This document shows positions 13,271-26,519 of a stretch of 64,000 nucleotides of DNA, in pieces. The stretch lies in the NCBI RefSeq assembly GCF_001194135.2, contig NC_068996.1, positions 35,780,742 to 35,844,741 of the forward strand, in the 5' to 3' direction. A program made the translations under genes and the position numbers. Origin of the DNA: Octopus bimaculoides. Taxonomy: Eukaryota. Under the pieces are notes generated by a model, which did no database searches, was not told where the DNA came from, and worked only from the letters and a program-made list of their open reading frames with translations. The stretch's first letter is position 1; every line of letters starts with the position of its first letter.

Positions 13271-13604
13271 CATTTGTAGTTATCAAATTTTACTCATATT
13301 GGCATAGAAGGTATTTGCCCAAAGTGCCGTATATTGGAATTGGACTTGAAACTGTAACATGTAGTTTTGAATTGAACTTTGTAAACACACAACGTCTGTT
13401 TCATATCATGTTTGAATGTGCGGGTATGTGTGTGTAGTTTATATCTTTTACATGTTTCAGTCATTAGACTGCAGCCATGAGAATTTTAATTGAATAAATT
13501 GATCCCAATACTTAATTTTCTCTTTAAGCCTGATATTTATTGTCAGTCTCTTTTGCCGAACTTCTAAGTTACAAGAAAGCAAACATCCCAACACTGGTGG
13601 TGGA

Positions 13605-13607
<3 letters not shown>

Positions 13608-13691
<84 letters not shown>

Positions 13692-13788
13692 CACACTCAC
13701 TCACACTCACTCACTCACTCACTCACTCACTCACTCACTCACTCACTCACTCACTCACTCACTCACTCACTCACTCACTCACTCACAC
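13608..13788. repeat. Compound microsatellite (CA)n grading into (CTCA)n inside a family C SINE
   Basis: Directly visible. Confidence 0.95.
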
Positions 13789-15933
13789 GTGGTGGGCTTC
13801 TTTCAGATTTTGTCTGCCAAATCCACTCACAAGGCTTTTGTTGACCCAGGGCTATGGTACAAAAAAACACTTGCCCAATGAACCTGGAACCAAGTGGTTA
13901 GGAAGCAAACTTATCACACAGCCATGCTTGCATCTATATATGTGTGTGTACATACTAGGTAGTTGTGTTTTATTGCACTAATTATCCTTCACTAATTAGG
14001 CTAATACTTTAATCCATTTATTGACAGTTTCTTCAGCTTCTAAACATCTTTTGGAAATGATTCTGCTTCATTGATGATTGATTGGTTTCTATGAATTTCC
14101 AGTTCAATTCCAGTAGATTTGATTGACCAGACTGAAAAAAAGAAAAGAAATAAAATGAACAACTAAAAAGAAAAGCATGCTAATCCATAAAACTTGATAA
14201 ACTATCCAATTATTAACTAAATGTTTTGATAAACCTGTTTCTAATTTCTTAATTATAGTGTTGTTGTTAATGTTTTCAAATAATTTTCTTCGTTATTGTT
14301 ATCAGTATTTTTTTTTTTTTTAAATTCTGTTTTCCTCTTTCGTAGATCAGATGATGTTAAATAATTCTTTCATCAATATTTTTCTAAATAAATTTCTACA
14401 CCCATACTCTGTACATCCACATTTACTCACTGAAGTAAATCACCATTATCATAATTTTATGATAATGGCAAACTGTTATGCTAAATCAGTATAACAGCTT
14501 AACCCTTTTGTGACCATATTTCTGAAGAACTACACCATCCTGGTTTCAATTAATTTTGAAATTAATGAATTTAGTATAATAACCTCATCGTTATTAAGCT
14601 TGTATTTGGAACATATATTAACATGGAAATTTGATGAAAGGTTTTAACTTAGATAATTTTAAAACAAATTTGTAACATAGGACCAGGGGCAGTTTTAGGC
14701 CAGTTGGTATCAAAAGTAGTAACACTTGGCAATATTGGTGCTGTAGTTTAGGTGGTGAGCTAGCAGAATTGTTAGCATGCCAGGCAAAATGATTAGCAGC
14801 ATTTTGTCTGTCTTTTGTTCTGAGTTCAAATTCCACTAGGGTCAACTTCATTTTTCATCCCTTTTAGGTACTTAAATAAGTACCAGTTTATCACTGGTGT
14901 TGATGTAATCAATTTAGTCCTTTCCCAGAAATTGCTGGTTTTGTGTCAAAATTTGAAACCAGTATGTTGTAGTTTAGATGGCAATCTGGCAGAATCATTA
15001 GCAAGCTGGGCAAAAAACTTAACAGCATTTCACCCATCTTAACATTCTGAATTCCAATTCTGCTATGGTCAACTTTGACTTTTTGCCCTTCCAAGGTTGA
15101 TAAAATAAGTACCAGCTGATTTCTGGGGTTGATTTAATCGACATACCCAACTGCCCTGAAATTGCTGGCCTTGTGGCAAAATTTGAAATCAGTATTAGTG
15201 CTGTAGTTAAGGGTCCAGATGAGGTTACTAGTATAGTGTCTTCCAACTACAGAGTGAGTGAGATGAGTGGTATGGAAGACCTTACTGGATAATTTACTCA
15301 ACCACAGATGATCAAGATGGACTGTATAACTTCTTGTTATCTATGTATATAACTGCAAAAATCAGCTTCTAGAGCATTTCTTTTTATATCTGTGGACCCT
15401 TTTGATTACTATTTTATTCTGATGGGACCTCATAACCATTCGATGTTTAAAAACTAGTTTTACAGATACTTCTTTCAAAGTTCCTATTTTGTTTTTTGCA
15501 CATTTAACTTGTGTAGGCTGAACTTTGTAAAATGCTAGTGAAAGAAACCTAGCTGTTTCTTGCAATAAATACATCTAAAGCACAATTTTTTTGTGGACCC
15601 AATGTACTATTTTGCTTGTATCCCCCCCCTCCCCGAAAAAAAATTCTTACATGGATCCCAGTTGAGAACCACTATGCTAGACACTTCATCAGTTACTAGT
15701 TACTAAGCTGTAAAATAAAAGATGTTTAAAAAAGAAAAAGAAAGAAAAAATTGAAAGTTATGATGTATGAAAGTAGCATTGTAAACAAACTCATATAAGT
15801 GCTGGACCTTACAGAATTTGATTCTCTGTAGAGGCTTACTGACCACTTTTATTCTTCTAAAGGGTATTTACTTGATTTTCTAACCTGTCTTCATAGCCAT
15901 CATGTGCTTGAGAAAATTCCTTTATTTTCTATA

Positions 15934-15975
<42 letters not shown>

Positions 15976-16949
15976 TGCAAGAAAAACACACTCACACAAC
16001 ATACACATACACGCACACACACACATTCAAAAACTGCTTGCCCACTTTCTACTGACCATTGCCCAAAACCACTCCCAAATTATTCCTGCTACAAATTCCT
16101 TCCACAAAGTTAAGCAACACAAACACACACACACACTAACAGATAAATAGCCAAACCACACACACACACATATGCACATACATGTTCTGTTATTACACAC
16201 ACACACACACGGACCCGCGCGCACGCACACATACTTACCTCCCTCTCTTGCATTCTACTGTCTTAGAAAGAACTTCTTCTCCACCCTTTCCCTTCTGGCC
16301 ATTCCACAATGTAACCCCATGGATATCGTTGGCGATTTTTTCTTCCTCCGTCTTCCCTTCTTTGGACTGTCCTATGTTTCCAACGAAGAGCTCCGCTCGA
16401 AACGTCAAATTCTCTTTCTTTCTTTTCCTGAGCGTCCAGTAACACAATCTGTATCACGTCTTCGCGTTGTTGTTTTTTGTCGTTTTTCTTTTTTGAACCT
16501 ATATATATATATGTATGTATATAGTATAAAATTAATTTGGGCAGCTGGACACAATATAAATCATATAGGCAAAATTTGTTGCTAGTTGTGACCATATGTG
16601 CTTGTAGCATATATGGTCAAAATTAGTGATGATTAAATTTTGTCATCTATATATATATATATATATATATATAGTCATCATCATCATTTAATGTCTGTTG
16701 TCCATGATGACTTGGGTTGGATGGTTTGACTGGGCTGGCACGCTCAAAGGCTGCACCAGACTCACAGCTGATTTGGAATAGTTTTCTATGGCTTGATACC
16801 CTTTCTAACGCCAATTGGATGCCATTTGCATGACATTGGGGTGCTTATATATATATGCCAGTATGGAAAATGAAATCTAATGGATGATGATGATTATATA
16901 TATATTTATATGCCAGCAAGGAAAATGAATGTTAAAGAATGATGATGAG

Positions 16950-16994
<45 letters not shown>

Positions 16995-18949
16995 TACGTA
17001 TACCATTTATCCTATTCCATTAAATTAACAAGGTAGGCATACTGCTCACCTAAAAACTGGTTTCATCAAATTAAATATCCTAAACCACTACAATTTAAAA
17101 TGGTATCAAATAAAGTGAGAACTTTTACAATTTCAGAATCAAATGTTTATCATAAGAACCTGTAGAAAAAAAAAAAGAAAAAAGAAATTTAAAAAAGTTC
17201 TACAGGTAAACACTTCTAGTAAATGTCAACATCTAACATTTAAACTTATGAACACATATAAACCACATCTTCAAATACTCAATCAATTTTAAGAATACAA
17301 TCAGCCTTCTTCACTGTCTAATGGATATCAATGTGATTTTGACACCTATGGGTGGGATTACTTCTATTGGTGTCAAACAGTCTTAGAGACATGCAATTTG
17401 ATGGTTCCTGAGAGTATACAAAGCTAATAGTTTGTAGCAGGATCATAATTACAAACTTAACCACATGTAATGCGATTACATTGTAACACAAAATTCAGTT
17501 AAATAAATTAGAAAATCAATAATTGCCTAAGGCAATCAATAATTATATATACTGTCATTTCATTTATAGTAAATTATTGAATTAATGAAACACAAATAAA
17601 GTTTTGGAACTGGAAAATAAAATCTGTTAGAAATAGTATAAACAATGTGTTTAATAATAATTTTATGCAGATTAACTATTGTTTAAATTCTGCTAATTGG
17701 TCAACAACAGAGTACTTTAATTCTCAGGCAATGCTGAATATTCTTGTAATTACGTGTTGCTTAGTGGTTAAGAAGTTTGCCTCCATACCACTTGATTTCA
17801 GGTTCAGTCCTACTTCATGGTTCCTTTGACAAGTCTTTTCTATGATTAAAGACTGGGCTGATCAAGACTTTGTTGGTAGATTTGGTAGATGGAAACTGAA
17901 AGTAGACCATCAGGTGTGTGTGTGTGTGTGTATCACCTTATACTGACCCTGCATGATAATTGTAAATGAGTGTCACCACTATACATACAGTGTCACTCAT
18001 TTTCATTATTCTGTGAAAACATACCCAGCCATGGGAAATTATTACTTGGAAACAGATGAGAGTTGGAGAGAGAGACACACACACACACAGAGAAAGTGAG
18101 ACACACATATGATTGTACATATTAACAGTAACTAGAAGGCAATCTCCATTTTTCTTTTGAAATATTGTCTAGAGGAATCCTGGATATGCCATTAATATAT
18201 TAACCCTCATATTACTGTATTTCTGTAAAAATACACATCTTTTGTTTAAAATAATTTTTGAAAATAATTAAGGATTTAGTAAAATAATTTTGTTGTTTTT
18301 AAGCTGGTATTTGTAACATAAGTTAATATGGAATTTAATGGAAGATTACTTTATTAGATTACTTTAAAGCAGGAGATTTAAGTCATAGAGCCAACAGTGT
18401 TTTCAGGCAGATTTGTATCACAAGAATTAAAACAAAGTATTTAACCTTTTATCATTCAGATTATTCTGTCAAATGTAATGGTTATTTATCCACTCTTTGA
18501 ATTAATCATACATTATCTCAGAGCTTTGAGGTTTCAATGAAGTGATTATTTACTTTTAGAGTACTATTGTAGGGGAAGTGTGAGAGGCCAGATCTAGTTA
18601 GCTTGAAGATTAAGCAGGTAGAATATTTTAGTTGGATATGGCTGGCTTAATTCTTTAGCATTCAGATTACTTTGTCAAATATAATGCTTATTTGCCCGCT
18701 TTGTTTTGAATTTTTCATACATTTTCATACATTCCAATGGCACAATTGTTTACTTCTAGAATAACATTGTAGAGTAAGTGTGAGAAGCCAGATTTCACCA
18801 GTTTGAAGATAAAACATGTAGATTCTTTTGGTCGGATATGGCCAATTTAAATGCTCCTGGGTTAATGCTTATATTTTGCCTATAAAATATTGAGGTATTT
18901 GGGTAGATTAGAAAGAATCAGTCAACAGTAAAAATATGCTTTTTATTCA

Positions 18950-19173
18950 TTAACTCTTTTGTTACTATATTTCTGATGACATATAATGCTTTTGTTTCAA
19001 TTAATTTTTAAAATGGATAATTTGGTAAAATAACTCTCTCATTATTAAGCTGATAACTGGAATAAATTAACATATAATTCTAATAGAAGATTATAATTTA
19101 GACCACTTTAAGACAGTAAGTTTGTGTCATAGAACCTGGGGTGGTCTCAAGCAGGTTGTCTCAAAAGAGTTAA
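18950..19173. mobile_element. piggyBac-type MITE family B
   Basis: TTAACTCTTTTG...CAAAAGAGTTAA, a perfect 12-bp inverted terminus including TTAA. Related copies at ~14498-14720, 18200-18440 and 28130-28370. Confidence 0.75.
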
Positions 19174-21641
19174 TCCTTTCTGCTATAGGTTCAACACCTG
19201 AAATTTTTTAGGGGTGGATGCTAGTCAGTTTACATCAACCTCAGTGTTTAACTGATACTTAATTGATTCTAAGAGAATGCAAGGCAGAGCTGACCTCGGC
19301 GGAATTTGAACTTAGAATGTAAAGATGGATGAAATGCTGCTAAGCATTTTGTCTGGCATGCTAACGATTCTGTCACCTCACCACCTTTATTATATTCATT
19401 TAATATAAGCTATACATAAACAAGATGACAGAAATAATGATATGCAAGAGGCCTTACAGTATATAGTTTGTTCCTTCCAGGTTCTCAGTTCAAATTCTGA
19501 TGAGGTCAACCTGGGGCCTTCCATGCTTCATGGTTAATATTTTAGTGTTTTTTCTAAGTTCCATCCTGTTGACCATGGTCATGCTGGGGGAGATTTTATT
19601 AGATAATATCATTGATTAACTCCAGATCATACCTATGTTTGTAAATACTTCAGCTGTGACCATCCTCTGTTCTCGGGCATCCTCCTCCACTGTGTTCTTT
19701 TTAAAGATTATAGAGTGTAATTTGAGAGATTTAGCATATATAATGAGAGACTTCCTCTTTAGTTTATACTGGTTGAATCCATCACTGTAATATATTAGAG
19801 TGGATTCAGTTAGCTGTACTTCTTTCCAAATATATAAAAAAAATTTATCTTGTGTCAAGTCAAAGATAATTAACCCTTTAGCATTTAGATTACTCTGACA
19901 AATGTACTGCTTATTCACATTGTTTCAATTAATTAGGCATTATCTCTTAGTTACATAATTGTTTATTTTTAGAATGATGTAGGATATATGCAAGAGGTTA
20001 GATCTGGCTGGTTTGAACATAAAACAATGTAGAATAAAACAAGGGCCTGACATAGCTGGTACACTAAAGGGTTAATATAAGAACTGTAGATTCTTTAAAC
20101 CTACAGATTCCTTCAACCCCTCTTTCACCATCCTTTCTCCACAGCCTTCCTTATTTCTTGGATACTTTCTTTGCATTCACACACTGCTCTTCCCCTCCTC
20201 TTTTATCTCTGATACCCTCCGACCTCTCTTTCCCCATTATTACTCTCCTAGTTCTCACCCACTGCCCCTCAACCCTCTGTCATTTTCTCTCACTGCCTTC
20301 TCATACCCTTCTGCATTCCTCAGCACCTTCTTGTCTTTACTCCTCCTCCTCCGGCCTATTTCCATGATCCACCTCACCTCTCTTTCCTTTGGTGGCTCTC
20401 ACATGATTCATCTCTACCCTGCCTATTGCTCCCTTCCTATCCCTTTACCCCATGTCTTCCATCCACATTTGCCTTTATGACGTAAGATAACCCTAGGTCT
20501 TTCACAACATAACCTACCCTAACACCTTTCCTCTCTGTCCTCATCTTTTCTTAACAACCCCCTTTCACTGACTCCTCTTTCCCATGTTTTAAGCCACATG
20601 CTCTCCTCCACTTTATGCCTATTCTACTACTCTATTACTCTCTCTGCTACCACTCTATCACAATAAATCTGTTCCTCTCATCTTACTCTCTCTTATCACC
20701 CTGCCGAGACATTACACCCTCTCCTCTATCTCCGTTAGTTATTAGGAGTCACTCTAGATTTTGCAAATCACTAGGGAATATTCACTAGTGAAGAAAAAAG
20801 AAAAGAAGAGAAAAAACATGCATCCTGTACACTCTGCATAGTGGTTGGGGTCAAGATGGACATCCAGCCTTAGAAACCATGCATGATGCAGCCCCCAACT
20901 CATAAGATCTTTCAACCTATACCAGCATGGGAAACAAGCATCAAATGATGATGATGGTAGTATGTAGTTTTGCAACTAGTTATCTACACTAGCAAGGATA
21001 TTATCATTATTGGAATATTTGGCCATCTGTGTTTTGGAGCAATTGTTTTTACAAAGAAATCTGTTATTTTCTTTAATGTCAACTATTCATATGTAACACT
21101 GAAATGGAACCTGTCTGTTGAGCCAGGGTTAGTGATAGCAGCAGAGGTACTTTTGTGGTAAAATTTGAACTTAAGACTATGTGGTTCACTACCTTAATAA
21201 TCCTAGTGTAACAACAAGCATCATCATTGTCATCATTATTTAATGTCCATGTTCCAGGCTGACATGGATTGGGTGGTTTGAGAGGGTCCATTGGAATCAA
21301 GGACTGCATCATACTCCAGTGTCTGCTTTGGCATGGTTTCTATGGCTGGATGCCCTTCCTAATACCAAACACTTTACAGCATGTACTGTGTAGGTTTTAC
21401 TATGGTACCAGCACTAGTGAGGTTGCCATGAAATACGCAAAACTACAAACCCTGACTGGGGAGGCAGGAGCTTTATACTTGGAAGATAAGGTGTAGAGCA
21501 CTATTGAATTTGGTTTTCTTTTCAAATTTATTGAAGAATTTTCCAAGTTTTTTTTTTCCTTTCTGTGACTTAATAGTGATGATACAATTTCATATATTTC
21601 CTTTTATTTTCACTTTTCTTGATGTTTTTTTTTCCTCACAG

Positions 21642-21725
21642 GAGATGCCTGGGACCGTGCCAAACGGTTGAAAGATAAAATGTCAACTAACCTTGTTATG
21701 GCCAAAGACCGCCTGGAAGTTCTGG
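21642..21725 (+). CDS. SPAST: Spastin exon (MIT domain; equivalent to human exon 3), 84 nt, phase 1-1
   Basis: Acceptor tttttttcctcacag, donor CTGG|gtaagt. Translates (G)[27 protein letters not shown], compared with human [28 protein letters not shown]. Confidence 0.96.
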
Positions 21726-22289
21726 GTAAGTTTTCACATTCTTTCTTGATGTAGAAAATTATTTTCATGTCATCATAAATTAAGAAAACCAAAAGCTTAT
21801 TAATTACAAAAAAAATAATTATAATGCATTTTGAAGTGAGTTATTAATTGTACAGGTATTTTGTTGCTATTAAGATGATAGGCTGGCAGGATCGTTAGCA
21901 CACTGGAAAAAATGCTTAGCAGCATTTCTTCTTGGTTTTACATTCTGGGTTCAAATTCCTCTGAGGTTGACTTTGCTTATCATCCTTTTGGGATCAATAA
22001 AATAAGTGTCAGTTGAACACTGGAGTTGATGAGCTCCTGCCACCAAATTTTGGACCTTGTGCCTAAAGTGAAAAGGATTGAGTTGGCAGAATTGTTAGTA
22101 TGTTAAGCAAAATGCTTAGCAGCATTTCATCTCTCTTTACGTTCTGAGTTCAGATTCTGCCAGGGTCTACTTTGCCTTTTATCCCTTTGGGGTTGATTAA
22201 ATAAGTACCAGTTGAACATTGGGGTTGATGTAATTGATCTACCCCTCCCCAAAATTGCTGGCCTTGAGCCAAAATTTGAAACCATTATT

Positions 22290-23585
22290 ATTATTATTTT
22301 CTGATTGATTTGCATTTTATTTCATCTTCTGACCTGATCTCAACCAGTGGCCTAAGACATTAGATAGAGAGAAGCTTCCTGAGAATGTGGACGGTTGATA
22401 TCAACACAATTTTTTGAGTTGCATAGATTGTTGGTTTCACAGAGATCTGGTCAAAAAACTTGTCAGTACCTTTCTTGATCCTTCCAGGGCACCTATAACA
22501 ACAGGGATGGTTTTGGTTTTTAATTGCCACATCCTAGATATCTCAATCTCAAAGTCCTTATTTCGACAGTTTTTCAAATTCCTTTGCTGGGATATTTCTA
22601 GCAGGCATGTTTTTTGTCTTAGGTCTTTGATGATGATATGTGGTCTGTTAGCATTTATTTTCCTGTCTGTATATGTCTCATAATCCCATAGGATGGTAAC
22701 ATTCTCTCCCTCAGTGACTGGCTCTGGATGGTGTTCATACCAGTTCTTAGGGTATGGGATATCATAGTGACAGCATATTCCCCAGTGCTAGTATTGGCCA
22801 ACTCAATCATCCCTGGTTTATATTCTGTAAGAGCAAGGACTGAGTAACTGGCAACAATGTGGTCAATACTCTTAAGTTTGTCATTGGAGAGTCTACACTT
22901 TTGTGTTTACCTCATTGTGTGTGACATTAGCTTGATAGTTTTGGGTGAGGAGACTCTGATCTTGTGCTGCTAGGATAAATCCTTCTGTTTCAACTTTCAA
23001 ACCAACATTCTGCAGCCACTGATAGGTTCTTCTTATATCTACACTAGCTTCCCCAGCTCATTTAGGGTATTGCCCATGCAATGGTTTTTCTAGCCACAGT
23101 CTTGATAGTTCCTTCAGGCTTTCTTGTTTGGCTTTTGTTTTACACTTTTTTGCTGCCTTAGTGGGTGGTATGTCCTTATCATCATCATAATCAAAGAGGT
23201 TAAGCTCTTGCCTGTATTTAGATGCCTCTTTCGAGATTGAATGCAGTTTCCTACTCTTTTCATGTTGCCTTACCGTCTCTATCATCCAGTCACTGTTACT
23301 TTGGATGTGCACTTGCAGTTCTATTGTGGTTGTTTTGTAGGATGTTTTAAGCTGGATTAAGCCTTCCCTGCCTTCCTTTCGTGGGAGATAGAATTTGTGG
23401 ACATCTGATTTTGGGTGGTGTATCTTGTTTAGTATCAGCAGTTTACTGATCTTTATGTCCATCTGCTGGAGATCATTCAGATTCCAGTTGATGACATTAA
23501 GTCTATAGACAACTGGTACCGCCAGGGAGTGCAATTTTATCCTGAGAGTTCAGTTCATATATTCAGGACCATCCTGACATTATTA
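22290..23585 (-). mobile_element. 5'-truncated R4/Dong-like non-LTR retrotransposon (RLE type), copy 1
   Basis: Minus-strand HHPKSDVHKFYLPRKEGREGLIQL, WLEKPLHGQY, ETEGFILAAQDQSLL, WYEHHPEPV, NRPHIIIKD and EIEISRMWQLKTKTIPVVIGALG are typical of R4/Dong. (TAA)n at both ends. Confidence 0.85.
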
Positions 23586-24819
23586 TTCTTTTTTACTCTA
23601 GGCACAAGGCCCTAAATTTTGGGGGAGGGTGCCAATCGATTAGATCAACCCCAATACACAACTGGTACTTAATTTATCAACCCCGAAAGGATGAAAGGCA
23701 AAGACGACCTCGGCGGAATTTGAACTCAGAATGTAGCGGCAGATGAAATACTGCTAAGCATTTCGCCCAGCATGCTAACGTTTCTGCCAGCTCACTGCTT
23801 TATTATTATTATTTTACTTCTCAGAGCTCTCGATCTCACTTTTCCTAGGTAATTTTGTGAGATCAGACCACATCCTGTTGTCAAAGATCTCACAGGGTCT
23901 CTCAGGGTCTTATTTCACGAATTATAAGACTTGGTACCTAGATGTTAAGTATTGTGGAAGATACTTAACATCCAAGTATCAATTTCAAAATCCTTGCCGT
24001 CCCCAATAGAACAGTTTTGGGGGATAGCTCTGCTGCTGCTGCTGTTGTTGCTGTTATTTCTGATTTTGGCATAAGGCCAACAATTTTGAGGGAGTGGGTT
24101 AGTTGATGCCATTGATCCTAGTACTTGACTGATACTTTATTTTTATCAACCACCTGGGTTGATATGAAAGGCAAAATTAACCTTGGTGGAATTTAAACTC
24201 AGAAAGTAAAGAAATGGAAGAAATACTTCAAAGCATTTTGTCCAACACTGAGGATTCGCTAACTTATCGCTTGAATAACAACAGTTTCTAATGAACATTA
24301 ATTTTTAGATAGAGTATATATTTTGGGAGAGAGTATTGTTAATAAAATCTAAACCTTAATGTATGATTGGTACTTATTTTGTCAACCTTGGAAGCATGAA
24401 AGACAAAGTTAACTTTGGCAGGATTTGAACTCAGAATATATTGGAATACAACCAAATACCTCAGATCAAGATAATCCATATTCCTACATATTTATCATTC
24501 TTATGGGAATGTAGTCAATAAAATAAAGTTCCAGCAAAGTACTGAAATCAATTTAATCTACTAACCCCTCTTATCTCTAACTTCTGGTTTTGTGCCTCAT
24601 TAAGAAATTATTATTATTGTTATTATTATTAATAGCGTGGTGGATGGCAGAGCCATTAGTGGCAGTCAAAGATGGTTTTCATTTATTTACAGTTCTTTAT
24701 GATCTAAGTTCAAATCTCACCTTGTTTAGCTTTTCTTCTCACCCTTCCAGACTTGATATATTCCAGTTAAGTATTGGAGTTGACTTACTCAACTAACCCT
24801 TGTCCCTCAGATTTGTAGC

Positions 24820-24820
24820 C

Positions 24821-24855
<35 letters not shown>

Positions 24856-25859
24856 GCTTTTAATCTGCATGTTTACAATCACTCACCAAGACATACCCAG
24901 CATCCTAGGGCGAGTGAAGGATAAGAGATGTTGCAGTATGACTGAAAGCTTGGGGAGGGGATGTGGCAGGGGTAGTAGCAAAATATTTTCATGTAATACA
25001 ACACAGACATTTAAATTGATAGGGTTTTTCTTAGGATGTAGGCAGTACTTGTCAGCACAATCTTTTATATTTCTCTGAAACATGGTTCTCCTGGGATGTT
25101 ATCTTGATGTTTCTGACATCCCTTCCTTATATCTAAGGCAGCCACAATAACAGGAACAGTTCTCTCTTTAAGATGCCACATCTTTTGTATTTCAATTTCC
25201 AGGTCCTTATATTTACTTAATTTGGGAACACTTACATCTATTAGTCTACAAGTATTTTCTTCCATGTCTTTAATGACTATGTCTGGTTGATTAACATGGA
25301 TCGTTCTGTTGGTGTTGACTGGAAAATCTGAGAATACTGACATTTCAGCGACTGGCTCAGGATGATGTTCATACCAGTAAGTGGGAGTGCTGATTTTGTG
25401 GTGTTTACATATTTTCCAATGTAAATACTGTCCTACCCTTTCATGGTGACTTTTGTATTCGTTTGGTGTCAGCACAGGACATTGCGAGATGAGATGGTCT
25501 ATCGTTTCATCAAATTTATTGCAGAATCTGCATTTAGGGTTAGAACTGTTTTGAAGAATATTAGCCTGGTAGTTTTTGGTAAGCAAGCTTTGATCTTGTG
25601 CCACCAATATGAAACCTTCACTCTCTGCTTTCAGTCCTGAGCTTCTCAGTCACTGATGGGTTGTTGCTTGGTCTACATCAGCATTTCAGCTTCAAAGTAT
25701 ATATATATACTGTCCATGCAAAGGCTTCAGTTTGTTTCTGCTTGTCCTTTTTTGCAATCTGTTTGATCCATTTTGCTTTTTTCGTGGAAGTGCTTTCAGG
25801 TTCTTCATCTAATTCAGGATTAATGCCAAGTTCCCTTGTGAATTTGCAAGCTTCTTTGA

Positions 25860-25900
<41 letters not shown>
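24820..25900 (-). mobile_element. 5'-truncated R4/Dong-like non-LTR retrotransposon, copy 2
   Basis: ORF 25065-25607: AQDQSLLTKNY, CCHC knuckle CRFC..ETIDHLISQC, QPDIV..LIDVSVP..KYKDLEIEI (PD-D/ExK endonuclease). Long (TAA)n on both sides. Confidence 0.9.
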
Positions 25901-25901
<1 letters not shown>

Positions 25902-26074
25902 AATGCTTTATGCCATTTCTTCCATCTCTGTGTTCTGATTTCAAATGCTACTGCTATCGACTTTGCATTTCATCCTTTTGGTGGTCAATACAATAAGAGT
26001 TGAGCATTGGGATTGATGTGCTCAACTAGCCCTCTTCCCCAAAATTTCAGGCCTTGTGCCTATAGTAGAAAGGA

Positions 26075-26129
<55 letters not shown>

Positions 26130-26370
26130 GGTGATGAGCTGGCAGAATCGTTAGCACACCGGGTGAAATGCTTTGTGGCATTTTGTTTGCCTTCACATTC
26201 TGTGTTCAAATGCCGTTGGGGTCAACTTTGCCTTTCGTCCTTTCGGGGTCAATTAATTAAGTACCAGTTGAGCACTGGGGTTGATGTACTCAACTCATTC
26301 CCCTCCCCCAAAATTGCTGCCCCTGTGGAAAAATTTGAAACTATTATTATTATTATTATCGTTAATAATA

Positions 26371-26408
<38 letters not shown>

Positions 26409-26519
26409 AATAATAATAATAATGATAATGCAGGAAAGTCACAGATTATCTTACTTTGATATTTGTTTGTGCCATATACATACATAGCATACTATCATTC
26501 ATTTTGAGTAGGTAGCTCG

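Noticed and set aside
19616-19918. 100-aa minus-strand ORF
   Set aside because: It starts inside a MITE; I recognise no domain and see no convincing splice signals.
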